DNA of 64,000 nucleotides from a virus (lineage: Duplodnaviria > Caudoviricetes): positions 1 through 64,000 of the IMG/VR virus record IMGVR_UViG_3300027740_000003, one strand, 5' to 3'. This document shows, one piece after another, positions 29,106-38,521 of the stretch. The position numbers and the translations under genes were made by a program. How positions within the stretch are numbered: the stretch's first letter is position 1; every line of letters begins with the position of its first letter. Under the pieces are notes generated by a model, which searched no databases, was not told where the DNA came from, and saw nothing but the letters and a program-made list of their open reading frames with translations.

Positions 29106-29957
29106 TTAATTACCCTTTTTGGGAACCCTTTTAACCTGTGTCTTCTTTACCGGATTGTCAATGGGGAATCTGTATCCTTTTGACACAGGGACGTCATTTT
29201 TTAAACTTTCTTCTAGTGCAGAAAAGATATCTACAACTGGTGCCGCTGCAACTGTTCCAGGAGTAATTACAGCTTTAGGATCTTTCTTTTTATCCTCAAC
29301 CGCTTTTAATACCCTCTCAGCAAATTTATCGTGATATTTGCAAGCTTCAAACCTTGGCATACTAAGTTTATCAATCAACCGACATGCCATGTTTGTTTCT
29401 GCTTCAGTCGTTCCAATGTCAGCATAGTTATCTTCATAATCCCTTACTTCATTGATGTAATACAATGTATGTAAAAGTAATCCGCCTTTATATGGTCGGA
29501 GAAGAACAAGATGATCTTTGCCTCGATTGGTCCAATAACCAACAGCAGCTTTATTTTTCAAAGCCATTGAGTCGGCAAGTAGTTTGAAAGCCCGGTCAGC
29601 TCCTTTGTCTGGTTTAACATAACAAGAAGATTCGACATGAATCAAATCTACACTTTCTACCGGAACAAAGTTTTCAATTTCAACCGCACCTTTTGTTCCT
29701 GTTGATTCTAAAGCAGCAATTTCTTCTTTTGTAAAGACAACAAACTTTCCGGTTTCATATTCGAAACCAGAATTGCATTCAATTCTTTTAACTTCTTTAT
29801 CAGAAATAGGATCGAATGCTTCTTGTTTTAAAGCGTTGCCTTCTGGGGTAATTTTTTTGAACCTAATTGTTTCTGAACTTGCTGCTTTGTAATATTTTAC
29901 AGGAATAGAAAGTTTGCCAAAAGAAATTGGACCCGATGCTACTGCTCTGTCTGCCAT
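29106..29957 (-). CDS. ku: Prokaryotic Ku DNA-end-binding protein
   Basis: GPISFGKLSIPVKYYKA, GFEYETGKFVVFTKEEI, IENFVP, YVKPD, LLHTLYYINEVR, YHDKF. Confidence 0.92.
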   Translation of the reverse strand: MADRAVASGPISFGKLSIPVKYYKAASSETIRFKKITPEGNALKQEAFDPISDKEVKRIECNSGFEYETGKFVVFTKEEIAALESTGTKGAVEIENFVPVESVDLIHVESSCYVKPDKGADRAFKLLADSMALKNKAAVGYWTNRGKDHLVLLRPYKGGLLLHTLYYINEVRDYEDNYADIGTTEAETNMACRLIDKLSMPRFEACKYHDKFAERVLKAVEDKKKDPKAVITPGTVAAAPVVDIFSALEESLKNDVPVSKGYRFPIDNPVKKTQVKRVPKKGN

Positions 29958-29967
29958 AATGTCCTCT

Positions 29968-29995
29968 ACTGTAAGCCTACCGCCGACCTTGTCAA
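29968..29995 (-). promoter_or_regulatory. sigma70-type promoter, ku
   Basis: TTGACA-16-TACAGT. Confidence 0.65.
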
Positions 29996-30006
29996 GTGTG
30001 GCCGGC

Positions 30007-30441
30007 TTACTTATTTACCTTAATATGAAAGTGTCTCTCAAACTCTTTTACAAGAGAAGGATCTAAACTAGATACAAACTTCTCCTTGGCATCCTCTGCT
30101 TGCTTTTCTCGAAACTCTTGTTCTTTTTTAATCTTTTCAGCATCAAAAAACATATTTGATTCTTGGATTGATTCACAAATATCTATTTCTAAAACCTTCC
30201 AATAAACCGATGTACTATCCCAACCGCCAGTCATAAAAGAAAATTCAGGCAAGCCATCTTTATTACTGTCTACAATATTCCCACATCTACATCTACAACT
30301 AATCTCTTTCCTAATTTTAGCAAGAGCCTCCTTTGCTAAAGGCAATGAGGCAAATACATTCTTAGCCCCACTAATCTCACACCTATTTGCCGAAACAATA
30401 TATGCTTTTTTCATTATATACCTGCTCAACACAACAAACAA
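30007..30441 (-). CDS. Hypothetical protein
   Basis: 144-aa ORF. Confidence 0.55.
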   Translation of the reverse strand: MFVVLSRYIMKKAYIVSANRCEISGAKNVFASLPLAKEALAKIRKEISCRCRCGNIVDSNKDGLPEFSFMTGGWDSTSVYWKVLEIDICESIQESNMFFDAEKIKKEQEFREKQAEDAKEKFVSSLDPSLVKEFERHFHIKVNK

Positions 30442-30629
30442 AGCCCAATTGCTGAAAGAATATATGCCAGTGGATTAATCTGACCCAAACAAATACCAGC
30501 AACAATTAGTCCTAAAATAATTGCCCAACTCAATAGTGAAAGAAAAACATCAGACAACGCCTGAACAATTGTTCCCCCAACAATTAAAAGAAAAACTCCT
30601 ACAATAATAATTCCAACAACAGTAGCCAT
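30426..30629 (-). CDS. Small membrane protein
   Basis: 67 aa, almost entirely hydrophobic. Confidence 0.6.
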   Translation of the reverse strand: MATVVGIIIVGVFLLIVGGTIVQALSDVFLSLLSWAIILGLIVAGICLGQINPLAYILSAIGLCLLC

Positions 30630-30630
30630 A

Positions 30631-31110
30631 TTATTCCTTGTTTAATATAAATAATGCTGCAAAGACATGCTTCTCCTGCAACCCAAATATATAATCTGTT
30701 TTAATAAGATATGAAAATAGATTTCCCATATCATCTCCATCATCAATAATTACAAATTTGTCAACAGCATTGGTTTTTAACCACTCTTTTATTTCAGAAC
30801 CTCTATCTATAACCCTCGTAGAACTTCCTAGCTCCGGAGTAATCCCTATTATTCTGTCTTGATACGCAAATCCTTTTTCTAGCAATGCTGTTTTAATTTC
30901 ATCCAAAGATAACATTTTTCTCCAAGAACTAGAGATTACTATGCTTGCATCAGTTCTATCACAAAGAGAATTAAGTTGGATAATGTTGTCGTTAGAAATG
31001 TAATTCGAAGGATGTTTTTCCATTTCTTTTGCGGAAAATGTTTTATACTGCTCTTTCAAATAGAGCTCGTTGTTTAAAACGCCGTCAATGTCAAGAAATA
31101 TAACCTTCAC
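30631..31110 (-). CDS. HAD-domain protein (Swiss-army-knife RNA-repair-associated type)
   Basis: IFLDIDGVLN, IVISSSWR, RGSEIKEWL, FVIIDD. Confidence 0.85.
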   Translation of the reverse strand: MKVIFLDIDGVLNNELYLKEQYKTFSAKEMEKHPSNYISNDNIIQLNSLCDRTDASIVISSSWRKMLSLDEIKTALLEKGFAYQDRIIGITPELGSSTRVIDRGSEIKEWLKTNAVDKFVIIDDGDDMGNLFSYLIKTDYIFGLQEKHVFAALFILNKE

Positions 31111-31192
31111 AAATCACCCGTTAGCCAACATATATAAATAGAAAGACCAATGCAGAATATAATAAAAGCAATACTATTCAACAATTGAAGAA

Positions 31193-31477
31193 TCATAGTC
31201 TGTTAAGCATTTTAATTAGTCTCTTGCAAACAATTCTTGCCACATCATAACTAGGATGATCAAAATAATTTGACCAAGAAACAATGGTTTGCAACGTTAT
31301 ACCTAATTCTTTTGCCAATTCAATTTCATCAATATCATTTTCTTCACAAATAATAATTACTCTATTTAACAGAACGGAAAATTCTGTCGAATCATAATTG
31401 CTTGAAAGTAAATGTTCTAACTGAACAATAAGCTCTACAATTTCATTCTTCTTATTGAGAGTCTCGGAATCGGTCAT
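31193..31477 (-). CDS. Protein with C-terminal XRE-like HTH
   Basis: IELAKELGITLQTIVSW; start reset to ATG 31477. Confidence 0.6.
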   Translation of the reverse strand: MTDSETLNKKNEIVELIVQLEHLLSSNYDSTEFSVLLNRVIIICEENDIDEIELAKELGITLQTIVSWSNYFDHPSYDVARIVCKRLIKMLNRL

Positions 31478-31499
31478 ATCTAATCCCTTTAACTCCGTT

Positions 31500-31528
31500 A
31501 ACATAAGTCTTTTGGGCCGTCTTGTCAA
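31500..31528 (-). promoter_or_regulatory. sigma70-type promoter
   Basis: TTGACA-17-TATGTT; -35 inside GTCTTG-A-CAAGAC palindrome. Confidence 0.65.
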
Positions 31529-31752
31529 GACCCAGGCTCTTCTTCGGTCGATGGGCCGGGAACATCAACAGGCTCTTTGTCAGAAACAATTCCGGAATTT
31601 GGAGGAACCCAGTCCTCCTTCATAGAAGTAAATTGCTCGGCCGGAACCTGATAGTTGTTTAACGAGGATGGCATTGGTTCAGGAATAAATCCCTCATCTC
31701 GGAAGGACGAAACTGTAATTGCGGCAAGTAGAAGAATTGTTCCTGTTGTCAT
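31525..31752 (-). CDS. Small protein with N-terminal hydrophobic segment
   Basis: MTTGTILLLAAITVSSF...; start reset to ATG 31752. Confidence 0.5.
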   Translation of the reverse strand: MTTGTILLLAAITVSSFRDEGFIPEPMPSSLNNYQVPAEQFTSMKEDWVPPNSGIVSDKEPVDVPGPSTEEEPGS

Positions 31753-31758
31753 GTGATA

Positions 31759-31788
31759 AATATAACCAGCCAATACCGCCTCTGTCAA
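31759..31788 (-). promoter_or_regulatory. sigma70-type promoter (leaderless geometry)
   Basis: TTGACA-18-TATATT, then 6 nt to ATG. Confidence 0.6.
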
Positions 31789-31865
31789 TGCCCTTGGCTG
31801 CCAAAATGACGAAAGGGAGAAGGTTTTGAGCCTCCTCCCCTCACCTGCCCCCGAAAGCCTCTCTG

Positions 31866-32171
31866 TTAGGCCGCTACGACGTCGGAATCGTTATCCTTTG
31901 CTGCCTTCTTGGCCCGCCGGGCTCCCGTTGCCACTGTCCTACTTGGGCTTACATAGTCCTTTGGTTTGATGCCGGCCTTTTTAAGAATCTTATATTCTTC
32001 TAAAAGCCCCAGGGCAAACAATGCTGAAATAGCAACCTCAGCACCTTTACTAGTAATACCAAGAGCTTGCAATACAACTTTACGGCTTGTAGGCTCTCCT
32101 GCATCAAGCCTCCGCTGAATTTCTGTTTTAACCGATGCTACGAAATTTGTATCAAATATTTCCATCTTCAA
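31866..32171 (-). CDS. Small basic hypothetical protein
   Basis: 101 aa, Ala/Lys-rich tail, followed by a GC hairpin. Confidence 0.65.
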   Translation of the reverse strand: MKMEIFDTNFVASVKTEIQRRLDAGEPTSRKVVLQALGITSKGAEVAISALFALGLLEEYKILKKAGIKPKDYVSPSRTVATGARRAKKAAKDNDSDVVAA

Positions 32172-32228
32172 TTATCCTTTGTTTTAGACGTGTTGTCTTC
32201 GGCAAAATGATTAGATGGTAAAAACTAG

Positions 32229-32429
32229 CTACTCGACACAGATTTTTGCAATTAATGCTTTCAACGCTTCTTCCTCAGATTGATACAATGTAGTTTCGGC
32301 AACCACCTTTCCTCCTATTTCAATAGAGGCTCTCCAACCAATTTTGTTAGCAAAAGCACACTTATCAATGCAGATATCGTCTACATGGCAATCAAATAAT
32401 TCAGCAATTGTTTTAAGAAGATCTTTCAC
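32229..32429 (-). CDS. Hypothetical protein
   Basis: 66-aa ORF overlapping the ABC ATPase stop. Confidence 0.55.
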   Translation of the reverse strand: MKDLLKTIAELFDCHVDDICIDKCAFANKIGWRASIEIGGKVVAETTLYQSEEEALKALIAKICVE

Positions 32430-33229
32430 GACATGTAGTCTTCAATTTCTTGAACCATTGATGTGAACTCTGGAGATCTTTTCATCTTTCTATTTCTTTC
32501 TAACGGCAATGGAGAGACAAACTTCTTGGTAATATTCGCCGGCTTGCCGCCCATAACATAAATGTCATCACCAAGATATACTGCCTCCGAGATATCATGC
32601 GTTACCATGATAATTGTAGGCTCAATGTGAATCCAAATCTTGGCTAACAAATCCTGCATTTGAGTCCTAGTCTCAATGTCTAATGCTCCAAAAGGTTCGT
32701 CCATTAACAATATTTTAGAATCGTAAGCAAGACTCCTAGCAATTGCAACTCTTTGTAATTGTCCTCCAGATAGATTAGGATACTTTGCAAATTTGTTCTC
32801 CTGGCCCTCTAATCCAACTTTGACAATCATCTCCATTGCTTTTTCATTGCGTTCCTTCTTTGGAACACCACGATAACGTAATCCTAAAGAAACATTGTCT
32901 AGGACCGTCATGTGCTCCAATGAAGAATATTTTTGGAATACCATTCCTACTCTGTCATCCTCCTTGCGGGGCCTCCCACAAATCAAAACTTCACCAGATG
33001 TAGGGCTTCTCAAACCTGAGATATATGAAAGGATATGCGTTTTTCCAGATCCAGAGGCCCCAAGCACAACAATGAACTCACCTTTGCCTGGCAAATCTTC
33101 AATAAGAAGATTCAGTCCATCGATAACAACATTCTCTTTTCCGTCCTGATAATATACTTGGCGAACATTTTTCAGCTCAACAAGATCGGGAAGCTCCGTA
33201 TTAATCATCTCTACAGGTTGTGTTGTCAT
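32426..33229 (-). CDS. ABC transporter ATP-binding subunit (TauB/SsuB-like)
   Basis: GASGSGKT, LSGGQLQR, LLMDEPFGALD, VTHD. Confidence 0.95.
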   Translation of the reverse strand: MTTQPVEMINTELPDLVELKNVRQVYYQDGKENVVIDGLNLLIEDLPGKGEFIVVLGASGSGKTHILSYISGLRSPTSGEVLICGRPRKEDDRVGMVFQKYSSLEHMTVLDNVSLGLRYRGVPKKERNEKAMEMIVKVGLEGQENKFAKYPNLSGGQLQRVAIARSLAYDSKILLMDEPFGALDIETRTQMQDLLAKIWIHIEPTIIMVTHDISEAVYLGDDIYVMGGKPANITKKFVSPLPLERNRKMKRSPEFTSMVQEIEDYMS

Positions 33230-33238
33230 ATATACCTT

Positions 33239-34024
33239 TTAAACATATTTATATGGGAAAATTGTTTTGTCAAGCAATTGAAACAGTTTATCTTGAATGA
33301 ATCCAACAAAGACAATCACAAACAATAGGGCAAATACTTTGTCTATCCTGCCTTGCCGAGCACAAACAAACAACATTCCACCGATTCCTCCTGTGTTATT
33401 TACCATCTCGGCAACAATAACATAGGTCCATGATATGGCAACCAGAACACGAATGTCATTCATCAGCTGGCCAATAACATGAGGAAAGAAAACCGTCCTG
33501 AACATCTGCCATCTGTTTGCTGACAGAGTAAAGGCCGTTTGTTGATATACTTCCGGAACCTCTAAAACCCTTTGAACAACAACAGGCAGAAGATAAACCA
33601 TGATTCCGAAAGCCAGAAACTGAACCTTCATCGTGTTGTCAATACCAAACCACACAATGAACAGCCCCGTCACAGCAGTTAGCGGTATAAACCTAATGGA
33701 GTCTATAGACCTGCTAAACATGCTCTTAAAGATCGGAAACAGCCCAATCAGGAAACCAATTGGCAAACAGATTGCAATAGCTTCTATGTATCCCATTCCG
33801 TTAAGATACATGGAGTATATGAGATTCCTTACCATTGCGTCTTTGAAGTGTAGGTCTGGCAAAGAAGCAACCACTGACATAGGAGACGGCAGCAACTTGT
33901 CGGACACAACGCCAATTGAGCTAATCAACCACCAGGTTCCTAAAAGAAGAAGGATACCGGCAACCTCCAAGGCTGCCGATACCCTCTTGTCTAGGATCCC
34001 TCTTATCGAGAAAAGGGTTTCCAT
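33239..34024 (-). CDS. ABC transporter permease (TauC/SsuC-like)
   Basis: LLPSPMSV, RFIPLTA, multiple TM helices, VVAEMV. Confidence 0.92.
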   Translation of the reverse strand: METLFSIRGILDKRVSAALEVAGILLLLGTWWLISSIGVVSDKLLPSPMSVVASLPDLHFKDAMVRNLIYSMYLNGMGYIEAIAICLPIGFLIGLFPIFKSMFSRSIDSIRFIPLTAVTGLFIVWFGIDNTMKVQFLAFGIMVYLLPVVVQRVLEVPEVYQQTAFTLSANRWQMFRTVFFPHVIGQLMNDIRVLVAISWTYVIVAEMVNNTGGIGGMLFVCARQGRIDKVFALLFVIVFVGFIQDKLFQLLDKTIFPYKYV

Positions 34025-34032
34025 TTTATTTT

Positions 34033-35580
34033 TTAGTTCTCCAGGATTTGGAAATCTGTTCTTCGGTTTCTGGCACGACAGATTTCAGTATCATCGCTGC
34101 ACTGTGGCTTGTCAGGTCCATTGCCTACCACTACAAACCTGTTCTGATCCATCTTATGAGTCTCCACAAGATAGCTTACAACAGTCTGTGCCCTGGCCTT
34201 GCTGATCTTCCTATTGACATCAGCACTTCCTGTAGAATCCGTATTGCCCTCAATTCGAATTCGTGATGTGGGGAATGCCTTTGCTTGCTCAACGAACATC
34301 ATATCAATGATTCCTTTGGCATTCTCGTCAAGCTCAGAGCTTCCATGGGCAAAAGACACCCTAACCGGCTTACTAGCAACCGCTTTTGCCGCTACTTCCA
34401 CCTTGGTTGGTGCTGTAAATGCAGCCTTCTTCTCAGCAACCATGCCAATCTCCTGCTCTAAGTTTATCTCTTTGATGAAGGCTGTGTCTACAATCTGAGC
34501 CCAAGGCAGAGATCCGCTGGCCAGATTAAGCTTTCCATATACCGTTGTCATCTTCTCATACAGATCCTTGCCAGTGACGCCAGTATAGCCAGGATTCAAG
34601 CCAAAGAAGTCCAGGTTGTCTCCATATGTAGTAAGCCTAACATTATTGATTGCTCCAATACAGAACTCAGCATCAACCGAAGAGCCCAGTCCATCAGCAA
34701 GTACCTTGGCCGCCTTTGCCTTCACCTCATTGGAAGCATTAATTTCTGCCGCTCCTTTTAGCCAACCACGAACAAGCTTCACAAGCTCTGGCCTGCGTTT
34801 ATTATAGGTAGATTCCTTGATAAAGAACCCATCAGAGATGATATGAGTGGCTTGTTTGGTATTCACAAGGATTTTTGCTCCTGAAACAGCCTGGACACAA
34901 GCGGCATCATCAGGGCTCCAAACCACAGCGGCATCAACTTTGCCAGCCTTGAATGCTGCGGCAGCATCAATTGCTGAGTTTACCTTGACAACATTAACAT
35001 CCATTATTGATAGGCCTGCCATATCGAGCATCCAAAGCAAGAATGTATGTGATGGAGTCGCTTCGGCCACAGCAATCTTCTTTCCAGCAAGATCACCAAC
35101 AGCACCAACATTACCCTTGGTCACGATAGCGTCTCCACCGCGGGACCAATCAGCTTGGAAAAGCCACTTAACCGGCTCACCAAAACTACCCGACTCGGTT
35201 GGAAAGGAATCTATGGTAGACCACATCAGATCCATCTTGCCTGCCTTAAAAGCAGCTCGAGAGGCAGCAAAATCATCCATTACAGAGAAGTTAACACAGA
35301 TGTCGTCTTGATGATATCTCGAATTGGGATTATCTTTAAACCCTCCGTTCCACCACTGGCCACCGATATATCCTCCCCACGTCACCACCCCAATCTCTAA
35401 GCATTTATTCGTGGTTGTAGAAGCTGTTGCAGAAGCAGAGCCTCTCATCATACCAGAAACATCCTGAGCCTTATCTCCTTCTGGAAGAACCAGGGGACGA
35501 AGGAAAATGATGCTACCAACAATCGCGGAAGCAACAAGGACCGTGATTGCAATCTTACCAGCTGGTTTAATTTTTGCCAT
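34033..35580 (-). CDS. NMT1/SsuA-like substrate-binding protein fused to C-terminal OmpA-like domain
   Basis: N-term TM anchor; QADWSRGGDAIV, LAGKKIAV; OmpA: FAHGSSEL, IEGNTDSTG, NRKISKARA, NRRTDF. Confidence 0.88.
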   Translation of the reverse strand: MAKIKPAGKIAITVLVASAIVGSIIFLRPLVLPEGDKAQDVSGMMRGSASATASTTTNKCLEIGVVTWGGYIGGQWWNGGFKDNPNSRYHQDDICVNFSVMDDFAASRAAFKAGKMDLMWSTIDSFPTESGSFGEPVKWLFQADWSRGGDAIVTKGNVGAVGDLAGKKIAVAEATPSHTFLLWMLDMAGLSIMDVNVVKVNSAIDAAAAFKAGKVDAAVVWSPDDAACVQAVSGAKILVNTKQATHIISDGFFIKESTYNKRRPELVKLVRGWLKGAAEINASNEVKAKAAKVLADGLGSSVDAEFCIGAINNVRLTTYGDNLDFFGLNPGYTGVTGKDLYEKMTTVYGKLNLASGSLPWAQIVDTAFIKEINLEQEIGMVAEKKAAFTAPTKVEVAAKAVASKPVRVSFAHGSSELDENAKGIIDMMFVEQAKAFPTSRIRIEGNTDSTGSADVNRKISKARAQTVVSYLVETHKMDQNRFVVVGNGPDKPQCSDDTEICRARNRRTDFQILEN

Positions 35581-35614
35581 TATTTATTGTTCTACCTTTC
35601 TTTATCTTCTTAAT

Positions 35615-36631
35615 TCACTTAAGAAAAATCTTTGAAAACTCATTTGAGCTTGCTTCTGTTTCAGCTTGATATTGTTCAGCCTCAACTAAAGATGCCGAAG
35701 AACTATCGACACGAACCTTGCCAGTTAGATCTCCTGCTTTGTAAGAAAGGATTTCTGAACCGTTCTTTTCCCACTGTTCTAACAGAGCCAGGCCGTCCTC
35801 ATTGAACACACCGTTCTGCAAATCCATGGACAGCATAAAGTCTTTGCTGGTATCCATGAACCGATCCATTTCACCAAGTTTCATAGCAATATCATTGGCG
35901 GTGTATTCCATTGTCTGCTCAAACATTGCTTTGGCTTTATCGCCTTCAATAAGAGCCTCCGCACCCTTCATTGCTTTAAAAGAAGCCGTAATGCTCTTAT
36001 ATTCTATCTCACGAATATAAACCTCATGCTTCGTATCTTCGTACAGATCATTAAGATTGCTTTTCATCTTGCTTAGAATTCTTAGAATGTTTTCAGTCTT
36101 ATCAAGAATTACTGAAAGTTTCTCGGCAAAATGCTTTTCTCGGGCTGCCATATTGGCTTTTAGAGCCGCCTGATTTGGTTGCCCAGCTTTCTTGGCGGCA
36201 TTTGCTAACTTAATGTATTGCTCAATGTTCTGTAGTCTCTCAGTAATATTTCTCTCAAGACTAACTTTCTGGCCGCTAACTTCTTTGATATGCTTTTCAA
36301 CTTTGGCCAAACGTTCTTGCATTTCTTCTAGATAATTTTTTAGAATACCAATTGGGTCAACCGCAATAACCCAGCCAGTAAGCCAGCGCATTGCGCTTTG
36401 GAACAAAGAGGAACAAACGAACCTAAACTTATCATTCATCAACAGAGTAAAGATGGCAAACAGTCCGGCCCCGAGCAAGCTGGCATAAAGAAGATTAGAA
36501 AGGATAACGATAATTACTGGAAGCAGATACCAGCAAGCAACACCAGCACCAACAACGCCTGCTCCAATGAAAATTAGGCCAGTATTGCCCTCAGGCTTCT
36601 CGAAAAAACTCTTGATTTTAGGCTGTTCCAT
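35615..36631 (-). CDS. Membrane-anchored PspA/IM30-like coiled-coil protein
   Basis: N-terminal TM hairpin; LKNYLEEMQERL...YIKLANAAKKAGQPNQAAL resembles PspA helices. Confidence 0.6.
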   Translation of the reverse strand: MEQPKIKSFFEKPEGNTGLIFIGAGVVGAGVACWYLLPVIIVILSNLLYASLLGAGLFAIFTLLMNDKFRFVCSSLFQSAMRWLTGWVIAVDPIGILKNYLEEMQERLAKVEKHIKEVSGQKVSLERNITERLQNIEQYIKLANAAKKAGQPNQAALKANMAAREKHFAEKLSVILDKTENILRILSKMKSNLNDLYEDTKHEVYIREIEYKSITASFKAMKGAEALIEGDKAKAMFEQTMEYTANDIAMKLGEMDRFMDTSKDFMLSMDLQNGVFNEDGLALLEQWEKNGSEILSYKAGDLTGKVRVDSSSASLVEAEQYQAETEASSNEFSKIFLK

Positions 36632-36638
36632 ATTTTCC

Positions 36639-37277
36639 TTACTTAAGGTATGTTTCCATTTTCTGTTGGTCTTGTTGCAATCTTGCTAGAATATCTGCCT
36701 TGGTAGCTTCAAAAGCTGAAACCTTTTGCTGCACAGCGATTCTTTCCTGTGAAACCTCAGCCAACATATTTTCTCTACCAATACGAAGTTCCTGAATCTC
36801 TTTCGTAAGTTTTTCGATCTCTTGGGCTTTTTGCTGCATTGTATTGTTTACATCAGCAATTTTCTTCTCCTTAGTAGCAATTTCTGCATTAGGAGAGGTT
36901 TCAATGAACTTATTGAACTCAACGGCTTTTTTATTTACAACGCCGACGTAGTGAGTGATTGAATCAACCAGAGATTTTTTGTCTACATTGCCCATAACCT
37001 GAGCTGTGGCGAACACCGCTTGGTATTTTTGCTCCTCTGTCATTGGCATCCCTGCCATTTTTGCCAGGGAGTCTTTGAATTCAAAGTAATCGAAGCCGGG
37101 CAGATTACCCGCAACAATTGCTTCTTCAAAAATCTTAACAATTTCAGGATCGGCTTGTCCAGGAATAACGGGAACCACAGCAATGGGGGTCGGCTTTTCT
37201 GGTGCTTTAGTTTTTGGTGCCTCTTTCTTTTCCTCATCACCGGTTTCGACAAACAGACTAGTAAATTTTTTGAACAC
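36639..37277 (-). CDS. Coiled-coil hypothetical protein of the ABC/OmpA cluster
   Basis: 212 aa, GFDYFEFK, heptad C-terminus, co-oriented with tight spacing. Confidence 0.7.
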   Translation of the reverse strand: MFKKFTSLFVETGDEEKKEAPKTKAPEKPTPIAVVPVIPGQADPEIVKIFEEAIVAGNLPGFDYFEFKDSLAKMAGMPMTEEQKYQAVFATAQVMGNVDKKSLVDSITHYVGVVNKKAVEFNKFIETSPNAEIATKEKKIADVNNTMQQKAQEIEKLTKEIQELRIGRENMLAEVSQERIAVQQKVSAFEATKADILARLQQDQQKMETYLK

Positions 37278-37287
37278 TATATTTTAC

Positions 37288-37557
37288 TCACTTTCCTTCT
37301 GGAACATCGGCCAGTCTTGTTTTTGCGTTATGTATTGCACACTGAGCTTTGTCTAAAAGTTTTTTAAAGTCGGGAGCTTGTATAATTACTTCAAGAATAT
37401 CGTCTTGATCTATTGTTCCGTTATAATTAATAGAAATAGTTTGTTCTAGTTTTTGATCTAGAACGACACAAACTTTAATACCGTTGATATCAACGGATCC
37501 AAGTTCTATTGTTTTTGTTGTAGTATTTTTTGTGGTGGACACTGTTAATTTGCTCAA
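37288..37557 (-). CDS. Hypothetical protein
   Basis: 89-aa ORF. Confidence 0.5.
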   Translation of the reverse strand: MSKLTVSTTKNTTTKTIELGSVDINGIKVCVVLDQKLEQTISINYNGTIDQDDILEVIIQAPDFKKLLDKAQCAIHNAKTRLADVPEGK

Positions 37558-37776
37558 TTAGGGGATGGCAACCGCCGCCAGTGGTAAAAAACTAAAGACT
37601 TAACAAAATGAGGAATTAACATTTTTATCCAACTTTACTTTAACGAACCATCTTCATATAACAAATACATCTTGAATTCCGGAATTCAAATTTCCGGAAT
37701 CATCTTTTTAAGATTTTGCTTATTAGTTTCGATTCCCGTTTTCTCAATACAAAAAGGATCAGAAAATTTAATCATA

Positions 37777-38514
37777 CTACAAATCTGCCAGCATATTAAC
37801 AATCCCAGGATTAACATTCTGTTCAATCCATGGAATTAAATCATGGCGAATCCTGTTTCTAGTATATTTGTTAGTAGAGTTAGACGCATCTTCCGACCAG
37901 GAAAGGTTCCAAATTGCTGCGTATCTTTCAATATCTTTTCTTGTTAACTTAAGCATGGGACGCTTGAACACAACGCCTCCCCACTCTAGATCTTTTAGAT
38001 CTTTTACCTCATATCCTTTGAGGAATTTAAACAGTTTCGTTTCAACATTGTCATTGGCATTATGAGCCAAAAGTCCAATCCCACCATAATCTACAGCAAT
38101 CACATCAGATAAAACATTATACCTGGCGTCTCTTGCTAAAGCCTGGATATTACTGTTTTTTTTATCAATATTTACAGTGAGAATTTTTACATCAAATCCA
38201 AGCTCTAGTCCTAGATTAGAAATAAAAGAAATGTCAGTATCTGTTTCTTCTTTGGAACGAAGCTGATGGTTAACATAGATAAGACATTTTTTAATAGGAA
38301 TATTAGATATAAATGTTTTAGATGTAATTGAAAAAGCGTGAGCCATTACTGTTGAATCAATTCCTCCCGAACACGCAATGGCAATAGGAATATAGTGTTC
38401 ACCAACAATAGAATTTAGAAAAAGTCTAAATGACGAATAAATATTCCTGCAAAATTTTTTATCATCTGTTGTAATTTTGTCGGGCCACAAAATATTTTGT
38501 CTGTCTGGTTTCAT
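37777..38514 (-). CDS. tilS: tRNA(Ile)-lysidine synthetase, N-terminal catalytic domain only
   Basis: IACSGGIDST PP-loop, VNHQLR, ARDARY, AHNANDNVET, RPML, DASN, RNRIRH. Confidence 0.9.
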   Translation of the reverse strand: MKPDRQNILWPDKITTDDKKFCRNIYSSFRLFLNSIVGEHYIPIAIACSGGIDSTVMAHAFSITSKTFISNIPIKKCLIYVNHQLRSKEETDTDISFISNLGLELGFDVKILTVNIDKKNSNIQALARDARYNVLSDVIAVDYGGIGLLAHNANDNVETKLFKFLKGYEVKDLKDLEWGGVVFKRPMLKLTRKDIERYAAIWNLSWSEDASNSTNKYTRNRIRHDLIPWIEQNVNPGIVNMLADL

Positions 38515-38521
38515 AATTTAG

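Noticed and set aside
37677-37700. Repeated TTCCGGAA palindromes downstream of tilS
   Set aside because: Only two short copies with no recurrence elsewhere; insufficient support.
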